Source of the DNA: Candidatus Latescibacterota bacterium
GTDB taxonomy: Bacteria; Krumholzibacteriota; Krumholzibacteriia; WVZY01
Assembly (NCBI GenBank): GCA_963791045.1
Contig: CAWBQK010000003.1
Location: 32,001 to 96,000, forward strand
Reading direction: 5' to 3'
Length of the DNA: 64,000 bases
The notes below the pieces were generated by a model. That model worked only from the letters and a program-made list of their open reading frames with translations. It was not told the DNA's origin and did no database searches. Below are positions 51,938 through 61,781 of this stretch, piece by piece. Every line of letters starts with the position of its first letter. Position 1 is the stretch's first letter. The position numbers were made by a program, and so were the translations under genes.

Positions 51938-52279
51938 TTGAAGTTCAGCCAGAGAGATTACAAGGATTTCGTTGTTATCGATTTGAAAGGGAAACTCACA
52001 GGCGGTCCGGAGGCCGAAACGTTCCGCGACCTGTTCAAATCACTGGTTCAGCAGGGGAAAACCAAAGTAATCATCAATCTCAAGGATATCGAGTGGATTT
52101 CGAGTACGGGGATCGGGATCATGATCCGCGGTTTTAAGACGGTCCGTGAAGCTGGGGGCGATTTTGTGATCGTCCGTGTCGGTGACAGGACCCAGCAGGT
52201 CTTTAACGTGCTCAGACTCGACCATATTTTCAAGATAGCCGAAACTGAAGATGACGCTATTGCGGAATTTGAAAAGTAA
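51938..52279 (+). CDS. STAS domain anti-sigma factor antagonist 1
   Basis: IINLKDIEWISSTGIG; STAS fold pattern. Confidence 0.9.
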   Translation: MKFSQRDYKDFVVIDLKGKLTGGPEAETFRDLFKSLVQQGKTKVIINLKDIEWISSTGIGIMIRGFKTVREAGGDFVIVRVGDRTQQVFNVLRLDHIFKIAETEDDAIAEFEK

Positions 52280-52453
52280 CTTCGAAAAAAAACGCGGCCG
52301 GGGTGCTGACGGGCGCTATATCCCTTCGGCGGTCTGGCGGTGTTTGTTTATTTAAATGAGGGTCAAGTGTCTGACTCTGGTTTCGTTCTTCTGGCGCAAT
52401 TGATGGCAGGTAGAGCGCGGTATTCGGTTACTGCTCTTTAAGGAGGATAAGAC

Positions 52454-52807
52454 TTGAAAGTCAATCAGAAAGAACTCTATGGCGCCGTCGTCCTGGAGCT
52501 TCACGGGAAATTGACCGGTGGTCCCGAGGCGGAAACGTTCCGCAACATCTTCAAAGATCTCGTCAATGATGGCAAAATGAATATCATAGTCAACCTCAAG
52601 AAGGTCGACTGGATAAACAGTACGGGACTTGGGATCCTGATCAGTGGGTACACATCTGTTCGCAAAGCGGGCGGGGACCTTGTGCTCTGCAATGTTGGTG
52701 ACAGAATCGACAGTATTCTCTATGTCACAAAACTCAATCTGCTTTTTCAAGCATTCGAAAGTGCGGAAGAAGCCGCTGAATTCTTGAGAAAGGGCAACTC
52801 AGAATAG
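52454..52807 (+). CDS. STAS domain anti-sigma factor antagonist 2
   Basis: IVNLKKVDWINSTGLG; paralog of the preceding gene (shared KLTGGPEAETFR). Confidence 0.9.
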   Translation: MKVNQKELYGAVVLELHGKLTGGPEAETFRNIFKDLVNDGKMNIIVNLKKVDWINSTGLGILISGYTSVRKAGGDLVLCNVGDRIDSILYVTKLNLLFQAFESAEEAAEFLRKGNSE

Positions 52808-52828
52808 CTTTGTTGAGCAGGTAAAGCA

Positions 52829-53284
52829 ATGAACCGTCCCCACAATACTATGGAACTGGTGATACCCAGCGATTTCAAATTTCTGGGTGCCGTCGACGCT
52901 GCCGTCCAGGATTTGGCACGGGAGTTCGCATGCGCCCAGAGATGGATTGATGACTTTAGCACCGCCCTCGTCGAAGCGTGCACAAACGCGATCGAGCACG
53001 GTAACAAATACGCGAAAGACAAAAGGGTCAGGATCATCGTGGAGCTGAACGATCACAAGATCATCAGCCGTGTGCACGACGAGGGTGAGGGTTTTGACTT
53101 CGAGAAATTTGTTTCCGAAGCACCCCCCCCGGATCCCCTCAGCGAGCGCGGTCGTGGCATCATGATCATGACGGCGTTCACCGATCAGCTGAGCTACACG
53201 TTTGACGACGAGCACGGCCTCTGTCTCGAGCTCACCAAGGCGTGCCAGGAAGACGAACCCGAATGCCTGGAGGAATCCGAATAA
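52829..53284 (+). CDS. RsbW/SpoIIAB-like anti-sigma factor kinase
   Basis: EACTNAIEHG, DEGEGFD, ERGRGIMIM. Confidence 0.9.
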   Translation: MNRPHNTMELVIPSDFKFLGAVDAAVQDLAREFACAQRWIDDFSTALVEACTNAIEHGNKYAKDKRVRIIVELNDHKIISRVHDEGEGFDFEKFVSEAPPPDPLSERGRGIMIMTAFTDQLSYTFDDEHGLCLELTKACQEDEPECLEESE

Positions 53285-53403
53285 CCCCGGGCGTTGCGGG
53301 TAGGCAATGTGAGGCGTTACCCCCCCCGAGGGAACCTTCCAGTCCGCGGACGCGTATTACTAATTGATCGTGGTTTTTCCAACGAAGCGTCGGGTCAAGG
53401 CAA

Positions 53404-55662
53404 ATGGGTGTGTCATATACACTTCTGCTATCCATCCTCTACCTTGTCGGTGGTGTTTTAATATTTCTTCTCGGCCTGACGATTCTCAGGACGGGGAGTA
53501 GTAGCACGCCGACTCGCGCCACCGCTTTGATCCTCTTTTTTGCCGGGCTCGGGCCGGTCCTGAGCGCAACGAGCATAATCCTCCAGGCCACACTGAGACC
53601 CGATGCCGTTGTCTACCGTTCGATGGTTGAAAACTTCGAGTACCTCTGGGAGTTCTATTTTCCGTCTCTATTGCTCTTTTCATTGTCATATCCGCGCGAG
53701 AATAAGGTTCTTCGGAACTTTGCTTTCTTCGGGCTCCTGATCTACGTCCCTTACATTTTTCACCTCTTCACTATCATGGCGGGAGAAGGCTTTCTGAAAA
53801 GCGTTCTCGATATGTCCAAAAATCTACCGTTGGGGAAGGAGGTCTCGCTGGGGGAAAGGACTCTGTCGCTCTCTGACACGGGGAACATCGTATCCGTCAT
53901 TCTCGCCACGCTGGTCAAACTCCACAAACAGCTTTTTCTACTGGTTAACTTTCTCTATGCGATGATCGCGGTCTTCTTTATCTCGAGAAGTCTCAGACGC
54001 CAATTGAACCCGCGTATCGTTGGCCAGCTGAGGACGGTGCTCATCGGTCTTGTCGTGAGCGTGACAGTGTATGTCGTGGCCAAGCTCACCGGACCCTGGG
54101 TGGGGGACAACGTGTATCTCGCGCTGATCAACTTTTCGCTCGTCGCGGGTGGTGGGTCGGTGGCGTACGCGGTGGTCAAGCAGCAGTTTCTTGGTATCCG
54201 TTTTGTTTTTCGCAAGAGTGTTCTTTATGGCGGCGCGGCCATAATGTACGCAGCCCTGTATCTCAGCGTTGTAAAACCGGTCAGCGATTTCTTTGGCGAG
54301 TACAGCGTGGCGAGCAAGGAGGCGTTCGAGACCGGTTTCATTATTCTCGCGATCATCGCGTTTCAACCGACTTTGATCCGTATCGAAGAACTCCTGGAAA
54401 AGGTTCTTCTGAAAGGAAAGGACGATCTGCAGACGCGGTTCAAAGAGTTGGCGAGCGAGATCTCCAATGTCACCACAGAAGAAGAGCTTGAAAGTGTTTT
54501 GAAGGCGGGCTTCGGCGATATTCTCAATGCGGCGTCGGTGGTGCTTGTCAGCAAAAACGACATACCGCGGACCCGGCAGTTGTGCGATGTCCTCGGGCGT
54601 ATCGGTGAGCCAATTGTTCGATTGGATCTTATCAAACTCGCCGAAAAGGGGCGAATGGAGGATGAAGCCAACGAGGAAGCGGGCGCCGGAGAACCGGTGT
54701 TGTCAGAAAAAGCACTGGCACGCCGGCGAATCGAATCGGCCACGCAGCTTATCGGTGACGATGAAGTCCTGGTTCCAATTCTCAGGGAGCGCGTTTGTGT
54801 CGGATTCGTGACGCTTGGCGAGAAAACGCACGGATTGAGATACACGACGGAAGAGCTTGCGCAGCTGTCGCTGACTTCAAACCAGATCGGAGTTGCCCTC
54901 GACAACATCCGGCTGCTCCGTGAAAATGTCGACAAGAAACTTCTCGAAGAGGAACTCGAAATTGCGCGGCGTATCCAATCGCAGCTTTTGCCTTCGAGTT
55001 CTCCGGTCATCCCCGGGTATGATCTGAGCGCGTCGACAATTCCGAGTCGCCAGGTCGGGGGGGACTATTATGATTTTGGCTTGCTCGATGACGGCAAGCT
55101 CGTGCTGGTTGTCGCCGATGTGTCGGGCAAAGGAATTCCAGCATCGCTTCTCATGGCGACTTTGCGTACGGCGGTTAACTCAAACGAAGATGCGAGGAGA
55201 AGCCCCGCCACGATGATGCGCCGGATGAACACGCTTCTCTTTGAGAGTACGTCCGCGGAAGAATTTGCGACGCTCTTCTATGGTGTTGTCGATATCAAAG
55301 AAGGGACCATGAAATACGCGAACGCCGGGCACGAGTTTCCAATCCTGATTTCGAAAGGCGTGATCCATCAACTGGGGGAGAGCGGAATCGTCATCGGGTG
55401 TGTGGATGATTTCCCGTACGAAGAGTCGACGTGCGAAATCCCGAGCGGCGGAACGCTTGTTCTCTACACCGACGGGATCACGGACGCCGCCAGGGTGGGT
55501 GGCGAGAATTTTGGGGAGGATCGCCTGCGGGAGGTGCTTACCCACAATGGGCACGGCAGCTCGCAGGAACTCTGTTCCGGCCTTCTGACCGAAGTCCAGG
55601 CATTCGCCCGAGATGGTGATTATCAGGACGATCTGACACTTGTTATTTTGAAGAGGGAGTAA
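53404..55662 (+). CDS. Membrane-bound PP2C phosphatase (SpoIIE/RsbU family) with GAF-like domain
   Basis: Multiple N-terminal TMs, ELEIARRIQ, VGGDYYD, ADVSGKG, NAGH, LYTDGI, DDLT. Confidence 0.92.
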   Translation: MGVSYTLLLSILYLVGGVLIFLLGLTILRTGSSSTPTRATALILFFAGLGPVLSATSIILQATLRPDAVVYRSMVENFEYLWEFYFPSLLLFSLSYPRENKVLRNFAFFGLLIYVPYIFHLFTIMAGEGFLKSVLDMSKNLPLGKEVSLGERTLSLSDTGNIVSVILATLVKLHKQLFLLVNFLYAMIAVFFISRSLRRQLNPRIVGQLRTVLIGLVVSVTVYVVAKLTGPWVGDNVYLALINFSLVAGGGSVAYAVVKQQFLGIRFVFRKSVLYGGAAIMYAALYLSVVKPVSDFFGEYSVASKEAFETGFIILAIIAFQPTLIRIEELLEKVLLKGKDDLQTRFKELASEISNVTTEEELESVLKAGFGDILNAASVVLVSKNDIPRTRQLCDVLGRIGEPIVRLDLIKLAEKGRMEDEANEEAGAGEPVLSEKALARRRIESATQLIGDDEVLVPILRERVCVGFVTLGEKTHGLRYTTEELAQLSLTSNQIGVALDNIRLLRENVDKKLLEEELEIARRIQSQLLPSSSPVIPGYDLSASTIPSRQVGGDYYDFGLLDDGKLVLVVADVSGKGIPASLLMATLRTAVNSNEDARRSPATMMRRMNTLLFESTSAEEFATLFYGVVDIKEGTMKYANAGHEFPILISKGVIHQLGESGIVIGCVDDFPYEESTCEIPSGGTLVLYTDGITDAARVGGENFGEDRLREVLTHNGHGSSQELCSGLLTEVQAFARDGDYQDDLTLVILKRE

Positions 55663-55721
55663 TCCCGGTTGTTTTCTGACCTTTTGAAAACGCGGACCCG
55701 CTCCGGTGGCGGGGGGCGAGT

Positions 55722-56132
55722 ATGGTGCGAATTCTCGGAATAGATCCTGGGGCGCGGCGGACGGGATTTGCCTTGAGTGATCCACTCGGAATTACCGCCC
55801 AGCCTCTTGAGACATTCGACGCGGTGGTTGGAGGGGAGCTCCTCGATCATATTGCCGGATTGGTGGAAGAGTACGATGTCGATGAAATCGTTGTCGGGTA
55901 TCCTCTGGGGTTGTCGGGTCAGGTGGGGGAGTCGGCGGAGAGGGCGGCCGGGTTGGCGAAGATGATCGAAAGTCGCTTCGAGCGAAAGGTGACGCTCTGG
56001 GACGAGCGCTTTTCGAGCGAGGAGGCCAAGAGGGTGCTGCGGGGGCAACGCGCCAAGAAAACCGACGTCGACAAACTCGCCGCCATTATCATTCTTCAAA
56101 GTTATCTCGATTTTCGTGGGAGAGACGGTTGA
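55722..56132 (+). CDS. ruvX: YqgF/RuvX family nuclease
   Basis: ILGIDPG.RRTGFALSD, VVGYP, WDERFSS, VDKLAA.IILQSYLD. Confidence 0.93.
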   Translation: MVRILGIDPGARRTGFALSDPLGITAQPLETFDAVVGGELLDHIAGLVEEYDVDEIVVGYPLGLSGQVGESAERAAGLAKMIESRFERKVTLWDERFSSEEAKRVLRGQRAKKTDVDKLAAIIILQSYLDFRGRDG

Positions 56133-57151
56133 TGCGCCGGTTGGTTCTTATAATAGTAGTCGTCGCGGGATTGGGTGTGATCGCCATCGCCGCGGGGATG
56201 GTGTACAGCGGCGTGTATGTGTCCACGGAAACCAGCGGTGAGACCCCGGCCGCCGAGTTGTTTGTGGTGCGTGCGGGGGAGCCATTTGGGAGTGTCGCCG
56301 AACGTCTTGCCGAGAAGAACTTTGTCCGCAAGCCCCGGGTGATGCGCGGGTACGCTTGGATTCGTGGAATCGACAAACGGATAAAGGCGGGGACCTACAG
56401 CCTTAACTCTGGCGATCGCCCGAAGGACATCCTGGAAAAGCTCGTCGCCGGCGATGTGTTCAAAGTGTCGGTCACGATTCCGGAAGGTTTCATGGTGAAT
56501 CAGATCGCGGGTGCGCTTGCCACGGCTCTCGAGATTGATTCCACGGCGTTTGCGGAACTTGTCGGTGACGCGGAGCTTCTTGAACGGGCCGGAGTGACGG
56601 GCCCGTCGCTCGAGGGTTATTTTTTCCCCGATACCTATCTGATCCCGTGGGGCATGTCTGCACGTGAGATCGCTGTGGTAATGATCGACAGGCTCGACGA
56701 CGTGATGGACGCCCGGCGGGAAGAACGCGCCCGCGAGGTTGGATTTACGCGCCACGACGTGCTCACCCTTGCGTCGATTGTCGAGGCGGAGACGCGGTTG
56801 GCCGAAGAGCTGCCACTCGTGTCCGCCGTTTATAACAACCGGCTCAAGAAAGGAATGAGGCTCGAAGCGGACCCCACCGTTGCCTACGCGATGGGCGGGT
56901 ACAAGGGCCGTTTGTACTTTAAGCATCTCGAAATAGACTCCCCGTACAATACGTACAAACACGTGGGCCTCCCGCCCGGGCCGATTTGCAGTCCGGGAGA
57001 GGCGGCGATAGAAGCGGCGCTTTACCCCGACTCGACATTCAAGGCTATTTATTTTGTTGCCAAGGGAAACGGCGGCCATATATTTTCTTTGACTTTGAAA
57101 GATCATCTGGCGGCGGTTCGAAAAGTGAAGAGAAACAGGGCAACCGATTGA
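56132..57151 (+). CDS. mltG: Endolytic transglycosylase MltG
   Basis: TIPEG, LEGYFFPDTY, LASIVEAE, LEADPT, SPYNTY...GLPPGPICSPG. Confidence 0.95.
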   Translation: MRRLVLIIVVVAGLGVIAIAAGMVYSGVYVSTETSGETPAAELFVVRAGEPFGSVAERLAEKNFVRKPRVMRGYAWIRGIDKRIKAGTYSLNSGDRPKDILEKLVAGDVFKVSVTIPEGFMVNQIAGALATALEIDSTAFAELVGDAELLERAGVTGPSLEGYFFPDTYLIPWGMSAREIAVVMIDRLDDVMDARREERAREVGFTRHDVLTLASIVEAETRLAEELPLVSAVYNNRLKKGMRLEADPTVAYAMGGYKGRLYFKHLEIDSPYNTYKHVGLPPGPICSPGEAAIEAALYPDSTFKAIYFVAKGNGGHIFSLTLKDHLAAVRKVKRNRATD

Positions 57152-57163
57152 GGTGATGCGACG

Positions 57164-58000
57164 ATGATATCGACCGAAACGCTTCCCGGCGCCATCCGGA
57201 AAACTTTTGACGATCTTCGCTCGGCGCTCGATCGCCACAAGTCGCTCGTGGTGGCGTTCTCCGGCGGTGTGGACTCGAGTCTCCTCGCGTTCGTCGCTCA
57301 CGAGGTGCTCGCCGACAGGATGCTCGCGGTGATCGCTGTGTCGGCGTCTCTTGCCGGGTCCGAGAAGAACGAGGCGATCGCGTTTCTCGATCATCATGCA
57401 ATCCCTTACGAAATCATAAAAACCGATGAGATCGAAAACGAAGCCTACGCGGCCAATAACCCGGACAGGTGTTATCATTGCAAATCCGAACTGTTCGGAA
57501 AGTTGAACGACCTGGCCCGGGCGCGCGGGTTTGGTTCGGTCGCTCATGGGGCGAATGTGGACGACAGGGCGGATTACAGGCCGGGGACGCGTGCGGCTGA
57601 CGAGAAGGATATCGCCGCTCCGTTCATGGAAGCCGGTATGGGAAAGAGCGAGATTCGGGAGCTCGCCAGGGCGCTCGAGCTGCCCCTGTGGGACAAACCC
57701 GCTTCCCCGTGTCTCGCGTCACGGATACCGTATTTCGAATCCGTGAATCCCGAAAAACTTTTTCAGATCGATCAGGCCGAACGTGTGTTAAAAGAGATGG
57801 GGTTCCGTGTGTGCCGGGTTCGGCACCACGGGAAGATAGCCCGCATTGAACTCCCGCTGGACGAGCAGCCGCGGCTCTTCGAGGAAGGCTCGTGGAAGGT
57901 TCTGGTGGAGAGCTTCAAGGCAATCGGTTTCGAGTATGTGACGCTCGATCTCGAAGGATTCAGGAGCGGGCGGTTAAACGACGAAATCGACAAGGAGTGA
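57164..58000 (+). CDS. LarE-like ATP-dependent sulfur transferase (PP-loop)
   Basis: AFSGGVDS, RCYHCK, DYRPG, PASPCLASRIPY, GFRSGRLN. Confidence 0.88.
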   Translation: MISTETLPGAIRKTFDDLRSALDRHKSLVVAFSGGVDSSLLAFVAHEVLADRMLAVIAVSASLAGSEKNEAIAFLDHHAIPYEIIKTDEIENEAYAANNPDRCYHCKSELFGKLNDLARARGFGSVAHGANVDDRADYRPGTRAADEKDIAAPFMEAGMGKSEIRELARALELPLWDKPASPCLASRIPYFESVNPEKLFQIDQAERVLKEMGFRVCRVRHHGKIARIELPLDEQPRLFEEGSWKVLVESFKAIGFEYVTLDLEGFRSGRLNDEIDKE

Positions 58001-58005
58001 TTTTT

Positions 58006-58167
58006 TTGGAAAAAACAAAGCCTTTCAAATTTAAATGGCCGTTTTTTCTTGCAGGGATGGCGGCAATTGTGTTGGGTTATGTGTTGCTGGCGTCGAGCGA
58101 GATGTCGTTCGCCCCGATTCTGCTGGTTCTGGGGTACTGTCTGCTCGTTCCGTTGTCTTTCTTGTAG
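58006..58167 (+). CDS. Small two-TM membrane protein (DUF3098-like)
   Basis: AAGGAG RBS, TTG start; WPFFLAGMAAIVLGYVLL..FAPILLVLGY. Confidence 0.6.
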   Translation: MEKTKPFKFKWPFFLAGMAAIVLGYVLLASSEMSFAPILLVLGYCLLVPLSFL

Positions 58168-58184
58168 TTAAATGTTTGATTTGT

Positions 58185-58260
58185 GGGCGAATAGCTCAGT
58201 TGGGAGAGCACCTGCTTTACACGCAGGCGGTCACAGGTTCAAGTCCTGTTTCGCCCACCA
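58185..58260 (+). tRNA. tRNA-Val (TAC)
   Basis: GGGCGAA/TTCGCCC acceptor stem, D-arm GCTC/GAGC, anticodon arm CCTGC-TTTACAC-GCAGG, T-loop GGTTCAAGTCC, encoded CCA. Confidence 0.97.
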
Positions 58261-58360
58261 TTTACCTCCCGTTCCGCTTTCTCTCGTTTTTTACCCGCCC
58301 GTATCATGTTTTTCAGTACAAAATGTGTGTTGTAAAGGTCTTTCGGCTCCGAATTGCGTG

Positions 58361-58390
58361 TTGACAAAACCCGCGTGCTTATGGTACAAT
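58361..58390 (+). promoter_or_regulatory. Sigma70-type promoter
   Basis: TTGACA-N18-TACAAT with extended -10 (TATGGTACAAT). Confidence 0.7.
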
Positions 58391-58519
58391 AGTCGCTGTC
58401 GAGTAAGGCTGCACTACCACTGGTGGAAGTAGGTAGTCATCCCCTGACTTTCTTCCATTGGGTGAAGTGCCACCCATATTTGTGAGTGCATACATTCCAA
58501 ACTTTTTGGAGGTGTACGA

Positions 58520-59155
58520 ATGTCCAAGGTTGTACTCTTTGCAGCCTCACTGCTTTTGGTTGCGGGGATAGCTAGTGCGGGGATTATTGATCCTTGCGCT
58601 GGTGATGTCACGTACAACGGCTCCCAGCCTACATGTTACTTTGCGTGTCCGCAGGGTGATACAGATTCTTTTTATCTGCAGGGCTTCTGGTGGTCGTTCA
58701 CGATCGTTGACCTCGTTGGTGCTCCGGTCGCTGACATCCCTGGAACAGATTTCTGGCTCGTTGACTGTGATGTCGCTAACGATCTCGCGCTTTGCGCGGG
58801 CTCCGCTTCGTCCGCAGCCGACTCAGCCACGAACGCCGCCGGTATGACAACCATGCATGATGGCTCGCTCAGTGCGGGCGGTTGCGCGAATGGTCTGTCG
58901 CCGGTCGTTCAAGGTTTCGTGCTTCAAGATCCCGGCGCCGCATGTGCGGACTACTGCTTCAATATTTTGGTGCGTAGCCCTGACATCAACGGTGACGGAG
59001 TTGTTAACCTCGTCGACTTGTCGATTTTTGCCTCAGCATATCCCCCGAATGCGTATAGCACGTGTTCGGACATGAACTGCGACGCAGCAATCAACCTGTC
59101 GGACCTTTCGAGGTTTGCGTTCCACTTTGGTCCTCCGGGCCATACGTGCAACTAG
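58520..59155 (+). CDS. Secreted Cys-rich protein with C-terminal dockerin-like domain
   Basis: Signal peptide (IASA|G); paired Ca-binding loops DINGDGVVNLVDL and DMNCDAAINLSDL; 11 Cys. Confidence 0.8.
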   Translation: MSKVVLFAASLLLVAGIASAGIIDPCAGDVTYNGSQPTCYFACPQGDTDSFYLQGFWWSFTIVDLVGAPVADIPGTDFWLVDCDVANDLALCAGSASSAADSATNAAGMTTMHDGSLSAGGCANGLSPVVQGFVLQDPGAACADYCFNILVRSPDINGDGVVNLVDLSIFASAYPPNAYSTCSDMNCDAAINLSDLSRFAFHFGPPGHTCN

Positions 59156-59241
59156 GATCGCAAAAGCGTGAAGCCTTGTGCTAACAGCGTACTCCTAAAT
59201 GGTTTTGCGTCTTTGGTTGTACAGCAGACAGAGGAGTCGAA

Positions 59242-59790
59242 ATGAGATTTGCAACCATGGTTGTCGTCGTGCTGATGGCGAGTGTTGTTGTCGTTAGCGC
59301 GCAGACGTCGCCATTTATTGCGGTTTACTTCGACCAAACGTTCCAGGTTGAAGCGCAGGATCCTTGTCCAGGGATTGGTGTCATTGACACTCTCTACGTC
59401 GAGCTCGTGAATGCAGATGTATTCGTGACCGGTGTTGAGTTTGCCGTGAATTACCCGCCCGAGTTGACTTGGATTGCTGACATAGACAAGCAGCCGGTAA
59501 CGGCTGGGACAACCCCCACGGGGTTCTCCATGGGTTGGGCGATACCGCAGAACGGCTTTGGCGTTGCCATTGACGTCTGCAAAGTCATCGTCATTTGGAA
59601 CTGTGACGGCTGCGCGACGACGGATGTTCCCGTCGACGTAGTGGCCAACCCGAACACGGGTTTCATCGGTTTCACTGACTTTCCCAACTATGCCTTGTTT
59701 CCCGCTGTCGGTTTGACGTCGCTTATTTGCCCGACGGTACCGACTCAGGATACGACCTGGGGCAAGGTCAAGTCTCTCTACGGAGAGTAA
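59242..59790 (+). CDS. Secreted protein, array family A, C-terminal TWGKVK motif
   Basis: Signal peptide (VSA|Q); ends ICPTVPTQDTTWGKVKSLYGE; GAGGAG RBS. Confidence 0.85.
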   Translation: MRFATMVVVVLMASVVVVSAQTSPFIAVYFDQTFQVEAQDPCPGIGVIDTLYVELVNADVFVTGVEFAVNYPPELTWIADIDKQPVTAGTTPTGFSMGWAIPQNGFGVAIDVCKVIVIWNCDGCATTDVPVDVVANPNTGFIGFTDFPNYALFPAVGLTSLICPTVPTQDTTWGKVKSLYGE

Positions 59791-60018
59791 AGACGGAGCG
59801 TGAGGCTGGATGGACCCCGAGCGGGGTTCATCCAACGCCCACCGGCGGTTCATCCAGCAAACGCATCGTTTTTGAGAAGTAGATCGAAGGAAGAGATTCC
59901 TGAAGCCTTCTCAATTGTGAGCGGAACCCGACCGGTTCCTTACGGTTGATGCCGCTCGATTAAAGTGCTGCAACGTTCGTAAGACGGTCGTGTTCACTGT
60001 CTTCGCAAAGGAGAAAAG

Positions 60019-60570
60019 ATGAAAAAGACACTGTTAATAACTTTGGTCCTGATGCTATCCGCCAGCATGGCGTTCGCTCAGGGTGGCAGCATCGGCATTT
60101 TCTCAGATGTCGCTGGTTCTAGCTGTAACCTGACCGATGCGGCTCCTGGGCTGCTGAGCTTGTACGTCGTCCATGTGCTTACGCCTGGCGCGACCGCATC
60201 GCAGTTCGCTGCGCCGGCGCCCGCGTGTATGCTTGGCGCGACGTATCTGTCCGACAGTTCACCGTTCTCGGTAGTCATCGGAAGTTCGCAGACCGGTGTT
60301 GCAATTGGATACGGCGCGTGTATCGCTGCTCCGATCCACGTTCTCACCATCCAGTTCTTCGCTAGTGGATTGTCAACGCCCTGTTGTTACTACCCAGTTG
60401 TTCCCGATCCGAACGTTCCTTCGGGAAGCATCGAGGTCGTTGATTGTACCGAGACACTTCTTACCGCGACAGGCGGCCTCGGTATTATTAATCCGGATGG
60501 CACATGCCAGTGCGACGTTCCTGTTCAGGATACGACGTGGGGCAAAGTTAAGTCGATCTTCGCCGAATAA
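60019..60570 (+). CDS. Secreted protein, array family B, C-terminal TWGKVK motif
   Basis: Signal peptide (AFA|Q); 8 Cys; ends CQCDVPVQDTTWGKVKSIFAE. Confidence 0.85.
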   Translation: MKKTLLITLVLMLSASMAFAQGGSIGIFSDVAGSSCNLTDAAPGLLSLYVVHVLTPGATASQFAAPAPACMLGATYLSDSSPFSVVIGSSQTGVAIGYGACIAAPIHVLTIQFFASGLSTPCCYYPVVPDPNVPSGSIEVVDCTETLLTATGGLGIINPDGTCQCDVPVQDTTWGKVKSIFAE

Positions 60571-60600
60571 TTCGACGAACACCGTCTGACTATAGATTTG

Positions 60601-60635
60601 AAAAACGCCCGGCTTGTTGTGAGCCGGGCGTTTTT
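60601..60635. terminator. Intrinsic terminator
   Basis: AAAAACGCCCGGCT-loop-AGCCGGGCGTTTTT. Confidence 0.85.
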
Positions 60636-60722
60636 GCGTGCTGCCCCCGCCTGATCGCATGCGCAGCGAAGTCCTCTTTAGTGATTGTCTTCACATGAGT
60701 TAGGGTGGGCTTGGTTTGGGTC

Positions 60723-60752
60723 TTGACATGTAAGTGGTTGGTATGGTACAAT
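60723..60752 (+). promoter_or_regulatory. Sigma70-type promoter
   Basis: TTGACA-N18-TACAAT (GTATGGTACAAT). Confidence 0.7.
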
Positions 60753-60833
60753 ATACGCTACAACAACTAATGGTATTTGCATAATGTTCATGAACTGGAG
60801 GTCAGTGCTAGCATCTTTGTGAAAGGAGTCGCC

Positions 60834-61400
60834 ATGTCTATGCGGGTGCTTGTCTTGGGACTTGCGTTTATAGTCCTCTTCGTCGGCATTGCGAGCGCAC
60901 AGGTTCCATTTATCGCGGTTTACTTCGATCCAGCCTACCAGGTGGAAGGTCTTGCGCCGCCGCCGTGCGACGATCCATGTCCCGGGTTCAATGTTCCTGG
61001 GGATCTCTACATCGCTCTCGTAAATGCGAACGCATTTGTGACCGGTGTGGAATTCGCCGTATCGTATCCGAGCCAGATGATCTGGCTGGCCGATATCGAT
61101 ACACCACCGGTGACCGTTGGTGCGACGCCCACTGGAATTTCGATCGGGTGGGGGACACCACAAAACGGTTTTTCGGCCGTGGATATCTGCAAAGTTCTTT
61201 TCCTGTGGAATTGCGACCGATGCGACATCGCGGATATTCCGATTGTCGTCGTTCCCAATCCGGCGACCGGGTTCCTCGGATACACGGATTTTCCCAATTT
61301 CAACCAGTTCAATGCGACCGGGCTGACGTCACTGATATGTGCGTGTGTGCCGGCCCATGAGACGTCCTGGGGGAAGGTCAAATCGCTGTACTCTGAATAG
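60834..61400 (+). CDS. Secreted protein, array family A, C-terminal SWGKVK motif
   Basis: AAAGGAG RBS; signal peptide (ASA|Q); ends ICACVPAHETSWGKVKSLYSE. Confidence 0.85.
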   Translation: MSMRVLVLGLAFIVLFVGIASAQVPFIAVYFDPAYQVEGLAPPPCDDPCPGFNVPGDLYIALVNANAFVTGVEFAVSYPSQMIWLADIDTPPVTVGATPTGISIGWGTPQNGFSAVDICKVLFLWNCDRCDIADIPIVVVPNPATGFLGYTDFPNFNQFNATGLTSLICACVPAHETSWGKVKSLYSE

Positions 61401-61436
61401 ATGGTTTGGATAACAGCCTTTGAGTCTTGGCGTTAT

Positions 61437-61483
61437 GAGGACGGCCGTGGTTTCTTTCCGAAGACACCGCGGCCGTTTTCTTG
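61437..61483 (+). terminator. Putative intrinsic terminator
   Basis: GGACGGCCGTGGT...ACCGCGGCCGTTTTCTT. Confidence 0.6.
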
Positions 61484-61642
61484 TGAGTGGCCGGCACGTC
61501 GTGGGTGGCAATTCCCGTAGCGGTAGATTATGGAACAATGTGAGAACGGGAATACCCGCATTCGTCCGCGGTGTGCCTGAATTGGCGGTTATGAGAAGGC
61601 GTAGTTTGTGCTATAAGAATACGTTAAGTAAGGTGTTCACAG

Positions 61643-61672
61643 TTGACTTTTGACGCATAGGTATGGTACAAT
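61643..61672 (+). promoter_or_regulatory. Sigma70-type promoter
   Basis: TTGACT-N18-TACAAT (GTATGGTACAAT). Confidence 0.7.
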
Positions 61673-61781
61673 CACTCAAAGCACACCTTGAGTTTTTGCA
61701 GCGTTTTGGACCTACATACTTTCCATACTTTTTTTGCCCAAGCAGGAGGTGCGCATCTGCATCTTTGGGAAAGGAGCTGTC

